Shown here: positions 6,688 to 15,776 of the stretch, in pieces
Layout: each line of letters starts with the position of its first letter
How positions within the stretch are numbered: position 1 is the first letter of the stretch
DNA from: an uncultured virus (IMG/VR IMGVR_UViG_3300030095_006218)
Taxonomy: Duplodnaviria; Heunggongvirae; Uroviricota; Caudoviricetes
Virus record (IMG/VR): IMGVR_UViG_3300030095_006218
Reading direction: 5' to 3' (one strand)
DNA length: 20,000 nt
Position numbers and translations under genes: made by a program
The notes under the pieces: generated by a model
Told to the model about the DNA's origin: nothing
The model's database searches: none
Seen by the model: only the letters and a program-made list of their open reading frames with translations

Positions 6688-9678
6688 TTATGCACCTCCC
6701 CACGATGCTTCGCCCATTGCGTCGTTCTTGGCTTCATTGTCAGCCTTTGTCTTTGCCTCGGCCTCTTTTTGCGAAGCCTCTTGAAGTGCCTTTAACTCTT
6801 CAGCGTCAGCCGAACCATCTTGTGGATCAAAGATATCAATACCAGAAGTCAAGTCTTCGCAAGATTCTCCGACTCCAATAGCGCTATTGTCCTTAATTGA
6901 ACCGCCCTCGGATTTTCCACCAGAAAACTGCCATTGAGCGGTGACACTAGTTTCGTACTTACCTCTGGAAATTGAGCTATTAACTCGTAGTACCATGTGA
7001 TATCCTCCAAGGCCTAAATTGCGCGCGATGGAGTTGCTTTCGGTAGGATTGCCTATGTGTAATCCGGAAGGATCTACATATATCATCATACCGGGATAAA
7101 ATAATCCATTTCCAATCATTTTAATATCTGCATTGTAAACATTACCAATCATGGACAAATTTTTGTCAGTCTGATTTTGGCCAAAATAGCGAAATTCACG
7201 TACTGCGGAGTCAACCTTGTTAAATTTTATTGATTTTACCAACCCATATTGGCGCCCTATGGAAACATGATGAATTCCGCGAAATGTATCTGTGAGATCA
7301 CCCTGAAGATTTGGTACGTACCCATGAGTGCGCGCATATAACAGTACGTGTTGAATTGTGTCTTTTGTCGCTGTATATGCAGTTGGGGGATATATTAGAA
7401 CATTTTCTTTGCGGTTTCCAGCGAGTTTTAATCTTAAATTTGTGTCGACCCGATATTTGGTGGGAAGCCTGTTTGTGCCGTTAACTTGCATCAAGTGAAA
7501 GCGAACCTTCTGACGTGTTCGATCCTCAAAGCAGCCACCGCCCAAAAGATTCTGCATCAGTTTAGATGCTAAGTCTCGAATAAAATACAAGAAATAATAG
7601 CTTTCTTTTTTCTGTGCAACTACGTTGTTCATCATCCATTCTACAAAATAATCTACAGCAATAGGCATGTCGGCTATATTATAGTAATGTGCCTTACCTT
7701 TACGATATATTTTTATTGTTCCCAAGGAAAGGTGAAGATTTTTTAACGCATCTTTAGCATCTCCCTCTAAGCTGCTTCCAGTACCATTGGTAAGGGCGTC
7801 AATGCACACATTTATCAAATCTCCTAAGAAAAAATAATATATTCTTATTTTGTCTGATGGTTTGACAAAATCGTCCTCGGCCACTTTGTTCGGCAACGGC
7901 GATTCCCATTTATCGCCATTTTTGCTTTTGCCGGGCTTTTTCTTGGCCTTTTTACTCGGAGGCACAGCTTCAGAATTAGCAGAGAAATTTTTAAAATCAT
8001 TAATTGCCACATCCATATAATATATTCTGGAGTCTGTGCCATCTTTTTTTACTTTTAACTTTTTAGCATTATGTGGACCTTCTTCTAGTCTTCTCAAAAT
8101 CTCTTGATGAGATTTTATAGCAATTCCTTGTCGCTTTTGAATAATCTTTTTATTTGCCGCGTCTATAGCTTCCGCGTCACACACGTTAGACACTGCTGTG
8201 GCTAAAGTTTTTAACTGATCTAATTGGTCGCGGACGCCGGGCGCAAGAGAGAATATATCTGTGTCTGGTGTGGCAAGGGCACTCTCCATATAGGCAATAT
8301 AACTTATGGCCAATTCCATGGTGCCATCTTCGTTCACTTTGAATTCATGATCGGTCAAAGTCAGCATCATTGTTGTTTGAGAACCTTCGATAGCAGTTTT
8401 CCATTGATCTGGCATATCTTGCAAATACTGCTTGTCTTTGGGAAATGCCCATCCGCAGACGGCTTTTATTTGATAATATCTAGGATTATAATGCCTCTTA
8501 TTACCAGTACGGCCCGGGCCATATCCGTTAGGAGCACTAGCATGGCCGGCTGTGTGTGAAATTAAATCTAAATATGAATAGGTATAGGGTCCAGAATCAG
8601 TCTGGACAGTTCTGGCTCTCGTAATATCTTGAAAATCTTGGAAATACAAAACCAACTTAGCCTTGACATCTTTTCTGGATGTATACTGGGATTGTCCTTC
8701 AAATTGCCATGAAAAGTTTTTGACTCCGACGCCTCGTCCGCGAGCTTGACCGCTTTTGAGCATAGCGTCAATATTGTTAGGGTTGACGTGATTCGCAAAT
8801 TTCATTTCTATATCAACTGGAGGCTTGTTGCCAGACGGGCCATGATAGACTTTGAAAAGTCTCACCATCGGCACTAAGCGCGAAAATACACTAGTCGGAA
8901 TATCATCGATACTCGCAGCGCCCGGCCGGAGCATAAATTTATTAGGTATTTCGGATGGTTCACCACGCAACATTGTAAATCGGCCCGGGTATTTACGTGA
9001 TTTGCCGGGTTTTTCGATTTTATGCCATTTTTGAACAATTTCGTCTAATTTGGCAAACAGAAAACATTGATATAGCGCATCTAACTTTTCTGGTTCCAAA
9101 GGTTTAGTAAACCCTTGCTCCTTCATTGCATCCAACATGGATCTTAGGCTGGCCTCTCTCGCGCGATTGAGTTGCTGAGCATTTTGTGTATCGCGGACAG
9201 GATCGGCAATCCCGCCTGTAGATGTGCCGAGCGGCGTTTTGCCGCGGCCAACTCCAGTGGTCCTAAACGGTGCGGTGCTGGGATCGCCCTCTTCCCTAGC
9301 CATTTCCTCACACGCTTTGGGGTTTGATAGGCACCAGTCCCTCTGAGATTGTTGTCTGCTAAGTATAAAATCCTCGTTTGACTTGTTTACCGCTGCGATT
9401 CCGGGTTTTATTTCTTCATCCCAATTTACAGGAGTGTCAGCGCGATAATTTGAGTTATAGTTTTCCCATGCTTCATCTGCAGCGGCATCAAACTTATTTT
9501 TAAGACCTTGTGCTTCTGAGGCTGTGGGGCCTCGGGCTTCGGTATAAATACGTTCCGGCTCTGTCTGCAAAAGCTTGTCTTCTCCGATATAACCGCCAGT
9601 GCCTCCTTCGTCCGCGGGACGATTCATCATAGCGATCCATCTATTTTTATATTCGTCTTCTTCTAACCTATCTGACAT
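6688..9678 (-). CDS. Large baseplate hub-like protein (gp27 / P2 gpD / VgrG-type C-terminal barrel)
   Basis: C-terminal YNADIKMIGN..FYPGMMIYV...GGYHMVLRVNSSISRGKYETSV fits the hub-family terminal pattern, and the gene follows the LysM wedge gene. Confidence 0.6.
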   Translation of the reverse strand: MSDRLEEDEYKNRWIAMMNRPADEGGTGGYIGEDKLLQTEPERIYTEARGPTASEAQGLKNKFDAAADEAWENYNSNYRADTPVNWDEEIKPGIAAVNKSNEDFILSRQQSQRDWCLSNPKACEEMAREEGDPSTAPFRTTGVGRGKTPLGTSTGGIADPVRDTQNAQQLNRAREASLRSMLDAMKEQGFTKPLEPEKLDALYQCFLFAKLDEIVQKWHKIEKPGKSRKYPGRFTMLRGEPSEIPNKFMLRPGAASIDDIPTSVFSRLVPMVRLFKVYHGPSGNKPPVDIEMKFANHVNPNNIDAMLKSGQARGRGVGVKNFSWQFEGQSQYTSRKDVKAKLVLYFQDFQDITRARTVQTDSGPYTYSYLDLISHTAGHASAPNGYGPGRTGNKRHYNPRYYQIKAVCGWAFPKDKQYLQDMPDQWKTAIEGSQTTMMLTLTDHEFKVNEDGTMELAISYIAYMESALATPDTDIFSLAPGVRDQLDQLKTLATAVSNVCDAEAIDAANKKIIQKRQGIAIKSHQEILRRLEEGPHNAKKLKVKKDGTDSRIYYMDVAINDFKNFSANSEAVPPSKKAKKKPGKSKNGDKWESPLPNKVAEDDFVKPSDKIRIYYFFLGDLINVCIDALTNGTGSSLEGDAKDALKNLHLSLGTIKIYRKGKAHYYNIADMPIAVDYFVEWMMNNVVAQKKESYYFLYFIRDLASKLMQNLLGGGCFEDRTRQKVRFHLMQVNGTNRLPTKYRVDTNLRLKLAGNRKENVLIYPPTAYTATKDTIQHVLLYARTHGYVPNLQGDLTDTFRGIHHVSIGRQYGLVKSIKFNKVDSAVREFRYFGQNQTDKNLSMIGNVYNADIKMIGNGLFYPGMMIYVDPSGLHIGNPTESNSIARNLGLGGYHMVLRVNSSISRGKYETSVTAQWQFSGGKSEGGSIKDNSAIGVGESCEDLTSGIDIFDPQDGSADAEELKALQEASQKEAEAKTKADNEAKNDAMGEASWGGA

Positions 9679-9687
9679 TGTAAATTA

Positions 9688-10029
9688 TTATCCTCTTAAA
9701 ACTCTCAGCGCCTGCTCTACAGAAAGTGGTATTTCTATACTACTGCCATATTTTACATGCGCCTCTGTGGGTGTAAAGTTGTACCATGCGATCACCCACC
9801 AATAGGTCGGATCGCCATAGTGCTCTGAAGCTAATTTTTGAAAACTTGTCCCTCTTTTCCAAATAACAAAAGTCGAATTTATAACTGCGCGCATGGCAGC
9901 AGTTGGCTGTGTCATGAAGGGTGTTCCATACTGTTGTATAGAATTGACTTCTCGCCCTTCGAGCCATTCTTGGTAATCTTCTAACGTATTAGTAAAAATT
10001 GTCCTGTTGTCATATCTGTTTCTAGCCAC
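9688..10029 (-). CDS. LysM-fold baseplate wedge protein (P2 gpX / T4 gp53-like)
   Basis: WKRGTSFQKLASEHYGDPTYWWVIAWYN...GSSIEIP LysM-like signature. AAGGAG SD. Confidence 0.8.
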   Translation of the reverse strand: MARNRYDNRTIFTNTLEDYQEWLEGREVNSIQQYGTPFMTQPTAAMRAVINSTFVIWKRGTSFQKLASEHYGDPTYWWVIAWYNFTPTEAHVKYGSSIEIPLSVEQALRVLRG

Positions 10030-10056
10030 TATCTTATACTCCTTTTATTGTTATTT

Positions 10057-11286
10057 TTAGTACTTCCACCATTTTCCAGACTCATCAATTGTGTTGAACC
10101 GCTGTATAGCTCGATCTTTCTTCTGTTCGGCCACTTGACGGCGTTCTTTCATTTTCGCCTGATCAGCTGCATCCATGCCCGGCTGATTGGTTGTGATTCC
10201 CAAAATTTTCGTCCCTTTATTCATACGATCATACATTCTTTTGGTTTTGTTGTCAATCCCTTCCAACCTACGATCAAGAGCGGGGCCATATTTGTGTTTA
10301 CCGCCTGTGCCCCTAGATGGTATGCTGGGGTAAGATAGCGATGAATTGTGTTCGCCGTGTAGCATATCCTCTAAGGATGTGTCATCATATTCGTGTGTAC
10401 TCCCAAATCTATAATTATCTTGTGCATGCTTATGTTTAGAAAGAACACTAGCCTTATTATAAGGATCTGACGGGAAAGGATCTTTTCTCTGTTCGGAAGG
10501 TGACCAGCCGGTAAAGTGTTCGTGTATAACAGTTAGCGAAACGCTAATACGCAAAACTTTGGGTATAAGAACATCTCTCGACACTCCGCGTGATTCGTCT
10601 CCATCAAAAAACCCAACATCAACTTCTGGCTCCCATGAGAGAGAGTCTATAGCACATAAAAGCCCTTGGCCGGGGCTCCAGCCTACGTCGTTAGCGTTTT
10701 GAATTAAGTTGGAGAACCTTACACGAACAAGTGGCGAAGCGGCGAGATATTCGTCTTTGCCGGTGCTTGTGGCCGTAGGGTACATAAACGTTATGAGTTT
10801 GTTGGCCCTTGCTATGTTGGAAATGCCTTCTTCACTGTCGCTGGCTGGTAACATCCATGACAGTTGTATTGTTCTTTCTGTGCCAGAGTAATTATGAATC
10901 GGATCTCCGCGACCGTATATATGCTCACTTTGCCAGTCAGGTGAGAAAGAGTCAGAAAATTGCTCCAGTTGTGCAGGAAAATAAACCTGATGACCGGTTG
11001 TTACGGAATAGAAATAAATAAATAACTTTTTATCATTGGATAAGGTGTGTGGCCCATCATAGTACTCACCTTGGTAAAAACCAGCAAACGGAGGCCCGTT
11101 CCACTTGGCATAATCAGATATGCGACCGCGCAAGATGGGAAACGAAAGGGAGTGCATAAAGGTAGCAAACTTAGAGCCGCGAAGGCGTGCAGACATGCCC
11201 CTCTGCTTGGGCTTATCTTTAAAGCCGGCGGCACCTACGGCGGCGCCTGAGTTTGAAGATGAAGGGTTTTTGGGATCTTTTGCCAT
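10057..11286 (-). CDS. Tail tube initiator-like baseplate protein, paralog 2
   Basis: VYFPAQLEQFSDSFSPDW...YGRGDPIHNYSGTERTIQLSW...YP...SPLVRVRFSNL, a pattern typical of tube-initiator (gpU / CIS-tube / gp48-54-like) proteins. Located between tape measure and LysM genes. Confidence 0.6.
   Translation of the reverse strand: MAKDPKNPSSSNSGAAVGAAGFKDKPKQRGMSARLRGSKFATFMHSLSFPILRGRISDYAKWNGPPFAGFYQGEYYDGPHTLSNDKKLFIYFYSVTTGHQVYFPAQLEQFSDSFSPDWQSEHIYGRGDPIHNYSGTERTIQLSWMLPASDSEEGISNIARANKLITFMYPTATSTGKDEYLAASPLVRVRFSNLIQNANDVGWSPGQGLLCAIDSLSWEPEVDVGFFDGDESRGVSRDVLIPKVLRISVSLTVIHEHFTGWSPSEQRKDPFPSDPYNKASVLSKHKHAQDNYRFGSTHEYDDTSLEDMLHGEHNSSLSYPSIPSRGTGGKHKYGPALDRRLEGIDNKTKRMYDRMNKGTKILGITTNQPGMDAADQAKMKERRQVAEQKKDRAIQRFNTIDESGKWWKY
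10228..10256 (-). promoter_or_regulatory. Possible intragenic sigma70 promoter upstream of the LysM and hub genes
   Basis: TTGACA (10256-10251), 17 nt spacer, TATGAT (10233-10228). Could be a chance match. Confidence 0.35.
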
Positions 11287-11289
11287 TAT

Positions 11290-12729
11290 CTATTCACCCT
11301 CCGGTTCGAAGAAGCCGGCCGGGGGCTCTCCACCGTTGGCGTACCAATCCGGCGGGTTTTGGCCTCGCCATTGGTCACGGCGGTCACCGGTGTGAGTTCC
11401 TCTTTCGCTTGTACGGTTGTATTCGTTGACTAGTTCTTCCCATTCACCGGTAGCGTATGCAGAATTCCCGCCGGGGCCACCACCGGGAGTCCAGTCTTCT
11501 GCCACCTCCATTCCGTAGCTCCTGTTGGACGTCCAATCGAAATCTGCGGCGGCGGGGGATACCGGAGGTGAAAACGGATTAGTTGTTTCAGGCTTAAATA
11601 TATCAGATTCCGCCATAGCTCTGCCCAGCGCCTGCTCTTCTGCGAAATTGTTGTGAAAATGCATTTTGCTGCCCGGGCCCATTCTATCTCCTACAGCGTC
11701 GTCCATAGCTGCAGCTTTGTTTGCGTATTCTGCAGCCATACGCTCGGCCTCGCGGGCAGCTCCTTCGGGATTGTCGATGCCAGCCCATGCTTTATAGGAA
11801 CTATCCACATCAAAAATGAATTTGTCTCTTTCAGTATATGGCCAACTTTGTATATTGTTTCTAATGGTTCTTTTACCGGCACGTGTCAATTTGCCCCCTT
11901 TGCCACGCATATTCATATAAGCATTTACTGTGTCATTAACACTTTCAGTCCATTTTTGAGCGCGAGCTTCGGCTGTCTGTTGTTTGTTTTTAGCTGCGTC
12001 CATCTGTGGTATGTGTTGCGGCAAGTGGGGAAAAGTCTCTGCTAAACCTTCAGATGTTGCAAAATTCCACCCGCTTTTGTCATCGTTACTATTAGTACGC
12101 CATGAGACATCATGCATGTGAATTATGTCCATACTAATGATACAAGTCATTAATTTTGGCGCCACCATTTCCCCGGGTTGGCGAAATTCGCCACCCGAAT
12201 CATAAAAACCGGCATCCGGAACAGGCTCGAAACTGAAAGATTTTATTATTGCTTCTACTCCTGCCTCATCCTTACTGCCCATTGCCGAACAGTCCTGTAG
12301 TAAGTTAGCAAATCTCACTTTCACTACTGGAGCTTCGGTCATTGATAATGCATTACCAGAATCTTGATAGGCTCCATAAAGAAACTGTGATAGGCGTCCG
12401 CACGCCTTTAAGTTGCCTATAGCCTCTTCTGGGTCTGCGGCTGGCAATTCCCATGACAGCTGGACAGTTCTTGCCGTTCCGGTAAACGTCTTTATATGGT
12501 CTGGGCGACCCATGACCGGTTCAGAATTCCAGTTGGATTTAAAGGTTTCAGTAAACTGCGTTATAAATGCAGGAAACCAAACCTGTTTTCCACTTGGTAC
12601 GTGATAAAATGTTAAACGATTGCCCTTTACATTGTGATATGTGTGCGGACCATCGTAATATCCGGGTTTATTACGATTGTATCCATAGCCATAAAATAAC
12701 GACTGTTTAAGACTGTCTAAAAACGCCAT
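11290..12729 (-). CDS. Tail tube initiator-like baseplate protein, paralog 1
   Basis: VWFPAFITQFTETFKSNW...MGRPDHIKTFTGTARTVQLSW...APVVKVRFANL, clearly alignable with 10057..11286. AAGGGGG SD. Confidence 0.6.
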   Translation of the reverse strand: MAFLDSLKQSLFYGYGYNRNKPGYYDGPHTYHNVKGNRLTFYHVPSGKQVWFPAFITQFTETFKSNWNSEPVMGRPDHIKTFTGTARTVQLSWELPAADPEEAIGNLKACGRLSQFLYGAYQDSGNALSMTEAPVVKVRFANLLQDCSAMGSKDEAGVEAIIKSFSFEPVPDAGFYDSGGEFRQPGEMVAPKLMTCIISMDIIHMHDVSWRTNSNDDKSGWNFATSEGLAETFPHLPQHIPQMDAAKNKQQTAEARAQKWTESVNDTVNAYMNMRGKGGKLTRAGKRTIRNNIQSWPYTERDKFIFDVDSSYKAWAGIDNPEGAAREAERMAAEYANKAAAMDDAVGDRMGPGSKMHFHNNFAEEQALGRAMAESDIFKPETTNPFSPPVSPAAADFDWTSNRSYGMEVAEDWTPGGGPGGNSAYATGEWEELVNEYNRTSERGTHTGDRRDQWRGQNPPDWYANGGEPPAGFFEPEGE

Positions 12730-12792
12730 AGCGATGCCCCCTTTGTTAGTAATTATCAGTCAAAACAGAATTTTATGGTTTATTTTGAATTA

Positions 12793-15156
12793 TCAATCTG
12801 CCCACTGGGTTACCAATCCGTGGTCATCCATAACCTCTATAATCTTGCCTTCAAGCTCGGCATCTAGCGATGGAATCTGTACTAAGACTGTAAATTTGGG
12901 TGACATATTGATTGTTGGCGCGGCTGCTGGAACAGCCGTAACTGCTGTAGTAGCAGGGGTAGCCATGGCGACGGTTAGATTTTGAAGACGGCCGGCAGCT
13001 TCTGGAGTCATATCATTAACATTTTTAACTACTCTTTCAATTTTTAACTCTTCCGCACCGCCAAGTTCTAAGTTCTGCACTGCAGCTGTAAAGCCCTGTA
13101 ATGACTCTATCTTATCAATATTCAGGCCGTTGACAGCAGATTTTAACGTTACTAAAGCGCCAGCCATAGACACCATGCCGGCAACTACGCCAAGTCCACC
13201 AAAGCCAGAAATGTTGCCCAGCGTACTGGCCAATAGTGTTAGTGGTTTGAGCGCTTCAGCGGAACCAAGCTTTGAAAGGCCTTCGGCCATGGCGCCAAAT
13301 CCGGACGACACCATCATTATTGATGCACCGAAAGCCAACATGGCCGCGGCAGCAATGCCGATGCCGATGCCACCTTTAATACCAGCAACACCAAGGCCAA
13401 TGAATCCGCCAATCAAAATAGCAGTTACGGCAATAAATGTGCCTTGATTATCGTTCATTTCTCCTACGTTTTTTGCCAGTGTGCCAAGGCCGGCGCTAGC
13501 CATCATGACGCCTATGCCCATAAGGGCAAAAGCACCTCCAAGAGCCAATGTTTGCTTCCAAGTCATTCGCGCTGCAGCACCTACTGCTTTTGTACTAACA
13601 GCAACCTCTGCCGCCTTTACAGCAAAGCCTCCAAACTTGGCAATAAGGCCACCAATACCAGTTGCTAGCTTGACTAGCCTCCACGTAACAAGGGCCGCTC
13701 CAATAACGCCGACCCAAAAGAAGAACCTTGGAAAAGCTTGAATAAGATTCAAAACCCCCTTAGCTATGCCGGTCAATGTGGTTATAGCAGTTTCATTCTC
13801 TACGGCAAACACACGCATTGTTTGTATAAACTCATCTCCCAAAGTTTGGAATCCTGCTAAAGCGGCTGTTAATTCTTCCATGCTTTTTGCATCAGCTTGG
13901 GCGGTTCGCATTTGCTCTTCCAAATCTCCATTTAAGATCTTGGTCACTTCATCAACTGAACGGCCGGTTGCGTCTGCAACGGCTAACATCTGCCAATAAT
14001 TGTCAACTGATACGCCAGCATCTTGAAATGCGCGCTGCAGCATCCTGATTCTATCAATTGGATCGGTTGCCTCCATTATATCAAGGGTGCTTAAATATTG
14101 ACCGCCGAGTACTGCGTTCAGTTTACCAACGGAATCGGCGGCGCCGTCAAATCTATCAAATTTCTCTGTTATGGCTAATAGGTTTCCAATTTCAATACCT
14201 GTTGCCTTTGAGGCGGCTGCTAGCTGAATAAATGCCTCTGTACCTTGCCTGCCAAACTTGGATAATTTTGGACCCGCAGATACTGCTTGGTTCATCATAT
14301 CAGCAACGGACACATCAAGGGCTTGAGCCGCTGTAGCGATCTGCCTTTGAGACAATTCAGCGGCGCCGACACCCATAGAAAAGCTTTTTGTCGCAACTTC
14401 AAATGCGCCGGCTGTATCGCTGGTACTAACGCCCATCTCGCCCATAGTGGCAGTGAGTGTTTTTATGATGGCCTGTTCATCAGAACCAAGTTTCGTAAAT
14501 TCAGTCATTTGTGTGAGCAAAGCTTCGTGAGTTTCTCTGGCCTCATCCATCGTCACACCTTGGAACACCATTTGTCTTTCTAAATCTCTTATGGACTTTT
14601 CATATTCGCCGGTGGCGCCCATCGTCTTATTAATGCTTACCGTAGCATCATCTTGCGCCTTTATATACAGAATGGTGGCTTCTTGCATTTTCATCATTGT
14701 TGAGCCAATGATATTTTCAGCCGTAAACGTTTCTTTAAAGGCTTTGGAGAAACCTTCCATGCCTCCCGGCTGCATAAGCTGGCCAAGGGCCGTTTTACTC
14801 CACTTGTTGCTTACTCCCGTGAGTGCTTCAAAAGTATCTTTGTATGATTCTGCAATAGCCTCAATTTCTTTGCGCTTTTGCTTTTGAATCTTCAGATCTG
14901 CTTGTTCAAGTTTAAGTCGTTTAAGTGTTGTCTGATACTGCTCTTCAGTAATTTCACCTATATTTCTCTGGACATTTAACTCTTCAACTTTGAGAGCTAA
15001 CCTGCGCTCTTCAGTTCTCTCATGTAATTCTTCCGTTTCAAGGCCTTTTTCGCGCGCGACTTCAAGATCCGCCATCAATTCTTTTCGTTCTGTTTGAATT
15101 GCCAGCAGGCGCTCTGCAGCTCTTAATTCTGCTTTTGTTATTTTATCGTCGGCCAT
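12793..15156 (-). CDS. Tape measure protein
   Basis: 787 aa, helical and Ala/Gly-rich, with an N-terminal coiled coil and long hydrophobic Gly/Ala segments. Lies downstream of the tube and chaperone genes and upstream of baseplate genes. Confidence 0.8.
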   Translation of the reverse strand: MADDKITKAELRAAERLLAIQTERKELMADLEVAREKGLETEELHERTEERRLALKVEELNVQRNIGEITEEQYQTTLKRLKLEQADLKIQKQKRKEIEAIAESYKDTFEALTGVSNKWSKTALGQLMQPGGMEGFSKAFKETFTAENIIGSTMMKMQEATILYIKAQDDATVSINKTMGATGEYEKSIRDLERQMVFQGVTMDEARETHEALLTQMTEFTKLGSDEQAIIKTLTATMGEMGVSTSDTAGAFEVATKSFSMGVGAAELSQRQIATAAQALDVSVADMMNQAVSAGPKLSKFGRQGTEAFIQLAAASKATGIEIGNLLAITEKFDRFDGAADSVGKLNAVLGGQYLSTLDIMEATDPIDRIRMLQRAFQDAGVSVDNYWQMLAVADATGRSVDEVTKILNGDLEEQMRTAQADAKSMEELTAALAGFQTLGDEFIQTMRVFAVENETAITTLTGIAKGVLNLIQAFPRFFFWVGVIGAALVTWRLVKLATGIGGLIAKFGGFAVKAAEVAVSTKAVGAAARMTWKQTLALGGAFALMGIGVMMASAGLGTLAKNVGEMNDNQGTFIAVTAILIGGFIGLGVAGIKGGIGIGIAAAAMLAFGASIMMVSSGFGAMAEGLSKLGSAEALKPLTLLASTLGNISGFGGLGVVAGMVSMAGALVTLKSAVNGLNIDKIESLQGFTAAVQNLELGGAEELKIERVVKNVNDMTPEAAGRLQNLTVAMATPATTAVTAVPAAAPTINMSPKFTVLVQIPSLDAELEGKIIEVMDDHGLVTQWAD

Positions 15157-15167
15157 TTATGTATTTC

Positions 15168-15500
15168 CTAGTTAAACGGCCACTTTAAGCCCGTTGCACG
15201 TTCAAAATTGTTAACTGCTTTAATCAATTTTGCTTTATCTTTATAGGTTCTGGGATCATCTAGACCGTACTTTGAAGCAGTTTCGATATATCGCTTCTCA
15301 CCACCTAATGTACGCGCAAATGATTCAACTTCAGAACGGCTACCCTTTACTTTAACTGGCATGCTTGAATTACCAAACATTCTCTTCAGCAAGATTTTAA
15401 CCCATGCTCCAAACATGCCAATAAAGCTTTCGTCTAGATGATTTTCTCTGAGTTGTTCGAAATCGATAACGATCTCTGTTATTTTGTCTTCGTTTATCAT
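15168..15500 (-). CDS. Hypothetical protein (~110 aa) upstream of tape measure
   Basis: Fills the gap between the terminator and the TMP gene. Start is either ATG 15500 (preferred) or ATG 15512. Confidence 0.75.
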   Translation of the reverse strand: MINEDKITEIVIDFEQLRENHLDESFIGMFGAWVKILLKRMFGNSSMPVKVKGSRSEVESFARTLGGEKRYIETASKYGLDDPRTYKDKAKLIKAVNNFERATGLKWPFN

Positions 15501-15516
15501 ATATTCGCCCATGTAA

Positions 15517-15524
15517 TAAATAGT
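15517..15524 (-). promoter_or_regulatory. Candidate late-promoter motif ACTATTTA
   Basis: AT-rich octamer just after a terminator and just before a gene start. Similar octamers occur at 17260-17267 and 12750-12757. Confidence 0.35.
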
Positions 15525-15531
15525 TTTGTAA

Positions 15532-15559
15532 TAAGAAAAAGGCCGGATTGCTCCGACCT
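15532..15559 (-). terminator. Rho-independent terminator after the chaperone genes
   Basis: AGGTCGGA-GCAA-TCCGGCCT (8 bp stem, one G-U pair, GNRA loop) followed by TTTTCTTA. Confidence 0.8.
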
Positions 15560-15776
15560 ATCTTCGGCCACCGGGACCATAGCTTCCTTTTCTTTGAGAT
15601 GCTTTTTCATGCTCTTCTCTTTCCATCTCAAATTGTTTAATCAACCTTCGCAAGAACCACCTTCTAATCAATATTGGCAAATTGTAAGCTTCAATAAAGC
15701 TCCAGCCGCCATGATATTTCATTAAGAAGAATTCTTCATAGACCCCTTCTATGTAGCTATCGTTTAGGCCAAAAAA
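15558..15776 (-). CDS. gp51-like tail/hub assembly ORF, probably expressed as a frameshift extension of the upstream gene
   Basis: LMKYHGGWSFIEAYNLPILIRRWFL resembles the small gp51-like / lambda gpT-like motif. It overlaps the upstream gene in the +1 frame across a T7 run, and the internal ATG at 15722 has no evident SD. Confidence 0.65.
   Translation of the reverse strand, partial: FFGLNDSYIEGVYEEFFLMKYHGGWSFIEAYNLPILIRRWFLRRLIKQFEMEREEHEKASQRKGSYGPGGRR

Noticed and set aside
12759..12790. Weak inverted repeat after the tape measure stop (TCAAAATA...TGTTTTGA)
   Set aside because: AT-rich stem with a large loop and no U tract; not convincing as a terminator.
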